This document shows, in pieces, positions 56,521 to 64,000 of a stretch of 64,000 nt of DNA; within the stretch, counting starts at the first letter, position 1, and every line of letters starts with the position of its first letter. Both the position numbers and the translations under genes were made by a program. Origin of the DNA: Pocillopora damicornis (lineage: Eukaryota); contig NW_020846834.1 in assembly GCF_003704095.1 (NCBI RefSeq), positions 186,001 through 250,000 of the forward strand, in the 5' to 3' direction. The notes under the pieces are model-generated. The model was not told the origin of the DNA, made no database searches, and saw only the letters and a program-made list of their open reading frames with translations.

Positions 56521-57699
56521 ACGACAAATTCCTGCAGCGAATTGCTCTAAAACATTTAGTCTTTAAACGCGTTCAATTTCTGTTTTATTGCAAATATGAA
56601 CTAAACTTGAAGATCTCAACTTGAATTTCTTTTTGTGTGTTCCTGTGTTACACCGAATGATGCACAAAAGATCTTATTTCCACTTAAATTAAGGAGTCAA
56701 TAAATTAACTACGATATATTTTAAATTTAAATGCCTGGTCTAAAGAGTAACAAATATTCCTTTTTTCGGACGCTACTCACTAAAAAGTTTTGTTGGTTAC
56801 CAAGAAAGTTAGTTTTGATGGAACGATTCTATATAAACCAGCAAGAAAACTTCTATCGCGATATAGAAATAAATAAAAAAAATATTTGACTTTTTAAAGC
56901 AACGAACTCTAACCTAATTTTATTCCATAAACGTTAATTTGTGTAGAACTCTTTGACAATTTTAGGTTCGTATTTTGGTTTCGAAGAATCAACACGCTAT
57001 CTGTAGTAAACAAACACGTTCGAATTTCCTCAAATTCCATGTTATTTTTCAGCAATACATGAAAGCATCCAACAACAGAATGAATTTAAATTGGTAAAAT
57101 TTCAACCAAACTGTCTTTGCATAATTTGCATTTCTAAGCGCACGTTTGACTGGATAAATTTACGTGCCTTACCAAACTTCCAAATAATTTCTAGCCAATA
57201 AAAATGTAACCCTTAAAATCTTTTTCAATTGTGCTTTTTCTTTCATATTGACTAATGTCTGCCAATGGTCGTATTTGTTGTTCATTTGTCAAGAGATTGG
57301 CTCGTTTGTTCACGTTTATTTTCGTTCAATCTGTAAACTATTGTTCAACCATTAACAAAGCAATTACAAACTTCATTTCTATGGAATAAACACTTCACGG
57401 ATTTTGAAAATCCATAATTTGCTCGTTGAAAAGTAGAGTAAATTCAAACTGGTTTATATAAAGTTAAATACTAATAAATTTATTTCTCGAAAGAGCATGT
57501 GACCAGGCATTAGAGTTTTAAAACATTTAACTTCCAAATTCAGTTGATGACACAAAGTAGCAGATATAAATACAAGGTGGCAATCGACTAATTTCTTGTA
57601 TGAAAAACAAATGCTTCCTTTTTCAAACAAAAGTTAATAGGTTTCCTATCTAATTTAGATCGTGCTTTTGGCCAAATTTATCTCCTGATCGCATTTTGT

Positions 57700-58350
57700 A
57701 GTCAATCGTGTAATGTGCTGCCGGGTTAGAGTAGTCCTGAAAAGACGGTCTCAGTGTTGTCGAAATTAGTGATTGGTCTAAGCAGAAGTCATCGTCAGAG
57801 TCAAGTAGAGAGTGGTTTGTATGTCGAAGGTTATAACTGTGGTTCGAAAAGCTGGTTGATCAGTTTGGAGTGAAGTGGTTGCTGTCTGAGACTAAAATGG
57901 AGTTCGTCCGTTGATTAGTCAGGTTTATTCGGCCGGTGAGGTTAGCTCGGTCTGTTGTTGTCAACTTTTGAGACAAGTCTTTTCTTGGTTACAAACTAGA
58001 TTTTAAAGTAAGTCATTGAAGATGTATAATATGGAATTGATATCGAGCAGCGCAGCAGTCAGTTGTGAGGTTTGTTAGTCGGAAATTATGACTGGGGTTC
58101 GAAAAGCCGATTGATCAGTTTGGAGTGAAGTAGGTTGCTATCAGATTAAAATGGTGCTCGTCCGTTGATTAGTCAGTTTTGATCGGTCAGTGAAAATAGT
58201 TCGTTCTGTTGTTGTCAACTGTTGAGACGAGTCTCGGTGACAAACTAGAATTTCAGAGTCAGTGGCTGAAGATAGTTTGTACAATATAGGTCTGAAAGAT
58301 ATTGAGCAGCGCAGCAGTCAGTTGTATGGTTTATGAGTCGATGGTGTTCA
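57700..58350 (-). mobile_element. Penelope-like element remnant: ~255-bp tandem direct repeat plus disrupted hammerhead-type motif
   Basis: Direct repeats (ggttcgaaaag at 57841 and 58096; gagcagcgcagcagtcagttgt twice). Minus strand cttgactCTGACGAtgacttc...tcttttcaggactactctaacccgg resembles cnidarian Penelope terminal repeats (from recall). Confidence 0.6.
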
Positions 58351-61102
58351 GCAATGTGATTTTTGGACTAAATGAAATAGCTTCTTTAACAAAGATGCAA
58401 AATTTGAATTTTATTTGGTCTTTGTCGGAGCTCCTTTATCGAAATGCCACCTTAATAAATATCACCTTTGTGTGACATCAACGAGAATATAGCTGTGATA
58501 CTAACTGTTAAGCAAACAAAATATGAGCGATCAGTGCTTTGAAAGTAGCAATCTCGGTTTCTCTTTTTCTGTGATTAGGTTTACTTGACGTTAATTTTAA
58601 ATTGTACCTTGGTTAATCAGTTCGATGCAACAAAATTGTCTGAGAGAAATTGCATTAAATTATAACGAGGAGTTCAAATTAATCAAACGATCGCTCAAGG
58701 TCTGCATAACAATCCGTACCACGACAAAGTCTTTGCAAAAATGATGGCTGATTGAAAACTATTGACTTACCAGTTAATCAGTTTCATCCATTCATGACAA
58801 TTGGAGACCTCGTAAAATAATGAGAAATTTTAAGAGCCACCATTTTTGCTAACTTTACTCAATAATTTCAAAGTTCTTATCTTTGCAGTATCCACTAAAC
58901 ATTTGATGATTCCAGTGTCTTCTCCTGACCAGAATCTTTTATCTTCCATCCATTTTACAGCAATGCTCCTCCTGAAAGTAAAAATTATGAATCTGATCAG
59001 TGAATGCTCAATTTCTACAAAGACAAACAATTTTGGGAATTTAAAAATAAAAACCTATATAATTTAATCGCTCTTTAATACCATGATAGAAAAAGGGAAA
59101 GCGCGAAAACTTTTCGAAATGTTATTTGTAATAAAGGAAAGGCCGCCAACTGATAAACGCTTGATACAATTAGTAGAAGAGTCGTCACACATCCACGTAG
59201 CCGAAATCGAATACAGGATGAGGTTCCCTACTGATTTTAGACGCTAAAAAATCTTGAATGGAGCGTTTCTCTGAAAATATTTTTCATAATCACAGGTTTT
59301 GCTTTCCTCGAAGCCAACAGCCTAATTCATTAAACTTCGAGTACGAGAGCTCCTTAAACCAAGGAACTGACTCGCCTGACTCGTTCGAGTGTTATGATAC
59401 GAATCCTTTGGCTCTCTAAACTAGTTTAGGTCAATATAGTCAAAAAGGAAAGCTTACCTGCTGTTATAGTCACAAAACATTGGTTTTCGTTGCTCTTCTT
59501 TCTAGGTCAAGCGCTTTCTTCCTTCCAGAGAGCAACTTTAATTTCATCCTTTCGGACGGCACCTCTTCACTGTTCGACGGACAGCGTGGTTTGCTGAAAA
59601 TTCTACAATTTCTGTTGAATATGGATTAACAACTGCAGCCAATTGTCGGCTGATACGTCACAGATTTTTCGCAGAGTTTTATTCGCACGCTTAGTCAACT
59701 ATTCAAGAATCAAGCCGAATAAAGGACATTGTGATTGCCGAATTTGCATGCGACAGAGAAAAAATGAACAGTATAGTAGTTGCATTTTAGAGAATATAGG
59801 AACATATTCAGACATCGAAAAAGGATTAATAAAATTCGCCCGCAAGAACCGTGTGACTCAAACGGTTGAAATTGGTTTTCAATGAGTGATTCAATTAATT
59901 ATCTTATATTTCAGTGACAAATAAAAAAAAATTCGTAATTCTCTCCTGATGGGGTTCAAAAATGATGACGACATTCTATTATTTTCCTGTGAAGGAAAAG
60001 ACAGGAGTACATACACGCCAAGTTACCCTATTGTGCAGGAAGAGCAAGATTGAAAATACGCATAATGAGTCTAAAGTGCTGTCAATTTAACAACACAGGA
60101 AGAAAGCCACTTTAGCAATTGGGTTAGTTATCATGATTTGAGTAATCAGCTGTGCCGCGCATCAAAATGCTGCGGTTCTAAATTGCCTGCTTCCTTCAAA
60201 ACATTGAAAAACGTTCTATTCATAGGGACATATTAGCTTGTGGAAAAGGTTTCATTATTTCATTGTAGGTGAAAAGAACAAAAATGGGAATGAATCTGAA
60301 AGTTTATTTGAGGTTCAAAGTCACCCTGAAAGAAATCCATTCATTCACCTGTCTCTTTCAAAGCGCTAAAAAATGTTCTTTTCATAGGGGCATCTCAGCT
60401 TGTGGAACAGGTTTTATTTTTTTGCGCTTTTCAGGTGGGTGGAGGAAAGCGCGAGTCAAGCGCAAGAAAGCGCGCAGGTGAAGGGCTGGATACGCTTGAA
60501 GGGAGGAGCGCGTAAAAAGCATCCAGCTGCTTGTGTCTTGCCACTTGCGTTTTCCTCGCACTCGTCTCTCATTTTCTCCTACTGGCCTGTAAAGCTCCAA
60601 AACTAAAAATTTAGATGAGGCTCATCGACTTCAGGGAGGAGCGTCCATCACATTGAGCCTAAATTTTGATTGAGGTTTTTAAAAGAATTGTGATTATCAG
60701 AATTGTTTCTGGTCCAGTAACTCAGCTTGCACGAGATGATAAATACCAAAATCGCACACCCCAACTGTTTAAGATGCAAGACCCTGAGAAGCAAACCTTA
60801 TTTGGTGGCAATTACCTTTTTGGAACGAATAAATATATGCCCTCCACATCCCTTGGGGGAGGGAGAACATTCCCTTGAATACCGTGTCCAGATTATCGCT
60901 CTGATTGAAGTGTTTCATGAATTATAATCAATCATGAATAAAAGGGGACAAACGAATGAAGACACAAAGAAATGAAGGCCGGGAAAATGCTTAAGAAATT
61001 CGGTTCAAATTGCAGTCCTTCGTAAAAAGAATTATACAAGAAAATTAACTATTTAGAACTTACCGGCTTCAAGAAATGCCTCAGTAAATCATTTAATTTT
61101 TT

Positions 61103-61240
61103 AGAGAAAGATCTTTTTTTCGTCTTGTCACGAGCTTAGGACAAAAAAAAAACCGGAGTCCCCGCGAGGAATCGAACCTCAGACCTTCGGATTCCGCGCT
61201 CCGATGCTCTCTAACCACTGAGCCACTGAGCCACAGAGAC
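61103..61240 (-). mobile_element. tRNA-derived SINE fragment (second family)
   Basis: Minus strand GTGGCTCAGTGGTTAGAGAGCATCGG (A-box) and GAGGTTCGATTCCTC (B-box), followed by a T-run and non-tRNA sequence. Internal 8-bp duplication ccactgag. Confidence 0.75.
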
Positions 61241-61551
61241 ACCACCGTTTTTTAAACCCCTTGTGACAGATACTTTCTCTTCAGTTTTCTCGAACTGGGC
61301 TAAGGTTTGTTGTAAAAGGCAATGAAGTCAACCGAATAATATCGCATTCTCCTCGCTTTGGTGTTAAACAAAAAATACAAAGTCCCAAACGACACTAGTA
61401 CGCCATGTCAACATTTTCGTTTAGTTTCTAGTATCTTCCACGTTCTAGGAATTTGCGTGGATTCGTACATTCAAGTTCTACAAAGAGACCAAATGGAATG
61501 AATCATGTTTTTTAAAAATAAGCAATTAACGATGGACTTAAAAACTCATGG

Positions 61552-61647
61552 GGGGCGCATGACTCAGCCGGGGCGCATGACTCAGCTGGGGCGAATCAAC
61601 TCAGCCGAGGTGCAGAAATTCAGCCGGGGCGCATGACTCAGCCGGGG
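61552..61647 (+). repeat. GC-rich minisatellite, 18-19-bp unit x5
   Basis: ggggcgcatgactcagcc, three near-identical and two diverged copies. Confidence 0.9.
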
Positions 61648-62628
61648 TTAAGCCGTGAAAAGCATCGGAGTAAAAAGGGAGCACACCAAATGGTTCTGTC
61701 ATTTTTAAACACCAATACTTTGGGGGATTACAGCTTTGACACGTTTTACGTTCTTTCTTGGAGATCATCGTGAAATGCCAAATTATTTCCTATAAAGTTA
61801 TGACCAATTTTAATGTGATAATTGTTTGGGTTGCTCTGAACCGTTACTACAATAGATCTTTTTACAACCATTTTGTCAGGTTTATTGAGAAGTTGCACAA
61901 TTCAACAATGAATAACCTTGGATGGAATTGGATATAACGCAGATCCGCTTGACATGATCTTTACTCGTAGAGCTGCCGGTTTTTGAAGTAACTTTGTACT
62001 GTTGATTTCACCTCTCTGCTGCGCACCAGAACCACATGTCACTCAGCATGCACACGACACAATGTGTTCCAAGCGTTCAGTAAGGGAGCGCGCTAGGAAA
62101 CGGCGCAAGTGAGCAAGCTCATTGCCTGTGTATAATTTATGTTCATATTTCATATCACCATAGCATATTGTGTCTGTGAAGACAGTTATCTATCAAAGCA
62201 AAGGAATAGGAGTACTTATGCCACACGCGCTAATAAAATGCACACATGCAAAAATGTTTATCAATTAGCTCAACTTTGTGCACTTTACTATTATTCAAAT
62301 TAATTAGTGTTATTCAAATTAATTATGGCACAACTGAAAGTTAAGTTCGCACTTGTCTGTTACTGCTTGAAAATTAAACTTAACTCCTTACTTAGAGCCA
62401 TTAGAGCTCTTTCACTCCGAAAACCAGATCGAGATCTGCCTTCAGGCGAACGTCTGAGAGGAGAGACTTCCGTTCAAGACACCGTCCATAAATAATTTGA
62501 GTGGTTTGGCATGTTTTAAGACCCGAACGCCTCCCTTTATACAAGTCCCTTAAGCTCTTGGCAAAAAAAACTCTATATGTTGGCCCTAGTGACAATTTTC
62601 AATAAGTTAATGTTATCAGTTAGGGATT

Positions 62629-62889
62629 TTAACGTCTCATAAGCTTTCCAAGCATCTGCCTCAGGTTCCTGCGATGTTTTCTTGTCTGAGCGTTTGGCTG
62701 CTGGTATCGCAAGAAATAACTGCATTTACTTTTGCAATTGGCACTCTTGATTCCGCTCAAAATACGACCCCGTCTGGAGAAACCCAAGATCCATTGTGGA
62801 TACTTGGCTGATCTGTATTGGTCATAGCCCTTAACATCTTCTTGGTAAAACTCGCACCTCTTCATCGTTGAAAATTCTTGCTTTTTCTT
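62629..62889 (-). CDS. FGF: Terminal coding exon of a fibroblast growth factor ligand (upstream exons outside the window)
   Basis: Acceptor ttttattttag at 62890-62891, phase 0. Translation KKKQEFSTMKRCEFYQEDVKGYDQYRSAKYPQWILGFSRRGRILSG...KCSYFLRY matches the FGF beta-trefoil C-terminal signature C-x-F...GY-xx-Y-x-S-xx-Y-xx-W-xx-G-F-xxx-G. Basic tail RKHRRNLR. Confidence 0.85.
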   Translation of the reverse strand, partial: KKKQEFSTMKRCEFYQEDVKGYDQYRSAKYPQWILGFSRRGRILSGIKSANCKSKCSYFLRYQQPNAQTRKHRRNLRQMLGKLMRR

Positions 62890-64000
62890 CTAAAATAAAT
62901 AAAAATAGTCAGAAGAAGGAAATAACCATTATGGTATATTGTGGCGCGCGGTGGGAAGTTGGAGGATTTTGGATGTGCAAAGATAAAATGAAACTGATCC
63001 CCCTATAGGGCTCTGCGATATTCTTATAATCCCCTCAAGTCCTCCCACCTTTCCCCCCCCCCCTCCCACTGGCGATAATTTAAGACTTTATGAAAGTTAG
63101 TCATAATGCATTATTCAAGTCGCATGAAAATCGAGAAGACTCCAGAAAATAGATGAGTCGCGGTCAGCGGAGAGCAGTGAAACAGGATGAGCGCCTGGGA
63201 ACGAGCCCTCACTTTTTTACGACTTAACATACATTCTTGTTTGATTTTGTGATGCATTCTGACTTTTCACTTGGCCAGTTCCTCGATAAATTGTACGTCT
63301 GAGATGTATAACACGTGTGGGATGGTTTTAACGTCTGTCAAAATAAATATGGCCACGATCAGAGGCAAGTTGTTGCTGTACGAAGGTCAGAGCCAAAGCA
63401 GGGTCAAAGCGATTTACTGTCAGCTGTGCTTAGTAATAAAACGCGTTAAGAGAAGATTTTCTCACCCTTGTAACGATGTGTCCTATCCTATTTAGGCAGA
63501 GGTAACGGTTTGTTTTCACCCCTTGGATGGTAACAAGACTCGCCAAGTCGCCCGTCTCCAGCTTCAGTAACGCTACAGATTGAATGTAGGCGAAGTTAGG
63601 GTATTGCACTAAGGCCCGAGAATTTCCTTTCTAACATGTGCACTTCCGTCGGTCGCACATCGTAGATCTGATCTTATACACAGTCCCGGTTTGCTAATCT
63701 GGAACTAATCTTATAAGTAGCGATCTAAATTTCAGAGAGTCGGACATTTATCGAAAAAAATTTTATCGTTACAGGTGCGAAATTAACCTGTTTACTTGAC
63801 AGCATTATTCGTGCACTAGCAAATCTGGTGCGCATGGATATGACGGCTGAAAAAAGCATTTGAGAGATTGTTAGACGTTACCTACGCCGACAAAAACTCT
63901 CTCGCACGCACAATAACACCGTTAATTCTATTACTATCTCGATCTTAACTCGTTAAACACGAAGAGAAAAACAGCTTTTCCCGGGAGTTCGAGAAACGGT

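Noticed and set aside
62890-64000. Search for FGF exon 2
   Set aside because: Candidate donors near 63465, 63786 and 63880 are not preceded by FGF-like coding sequence. The remaining exons are presumed to lie beyond the window.

Overview
Eukaryotic, AT-rich, intron-containing animal DNA. The repeat families and gene content suggest a stony coral, possibly a pocilloporid (inference from recall). There are two 100-N assembly gaps, at 31412-31511 and 55185-55284. Genes reconstructed by hand from splice sites: a complete 14-coding-exon FGF receptor (minus, 253-13115, about 896 aa), TTC1 (plus, 8 exons, about 293 aa), a GPR157-like 7TM receptor (plus, 3 exons, about 342 aa), an orphan coiled-coil/Ser-rich protein, an intronless orphan with about 6 TM segments, PACRGL (plus, 7 exons, about 260 aa), a small orphan beta-barrel-like protein (minus), and the terminal exon of an FGF ligand (minus, 62629-62889). 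Repeats include TTAA-flanked MITEs, two tRNA-derived SINEs, a decayed LINE reverse transcriptase, a Penelope-like remnant with a disrupted hammerhead-ribozyme motif, a candidate foldback element with inverted arrays of about 110-150-bp subrepeats, and several small tandem duplications. The most notable observation is an FGF ligand and an FGF receptor on the same strand about 50 kb apart, with three uncharacterised genes between them. No prokaryote-type system (CRISPR, operon) is present.
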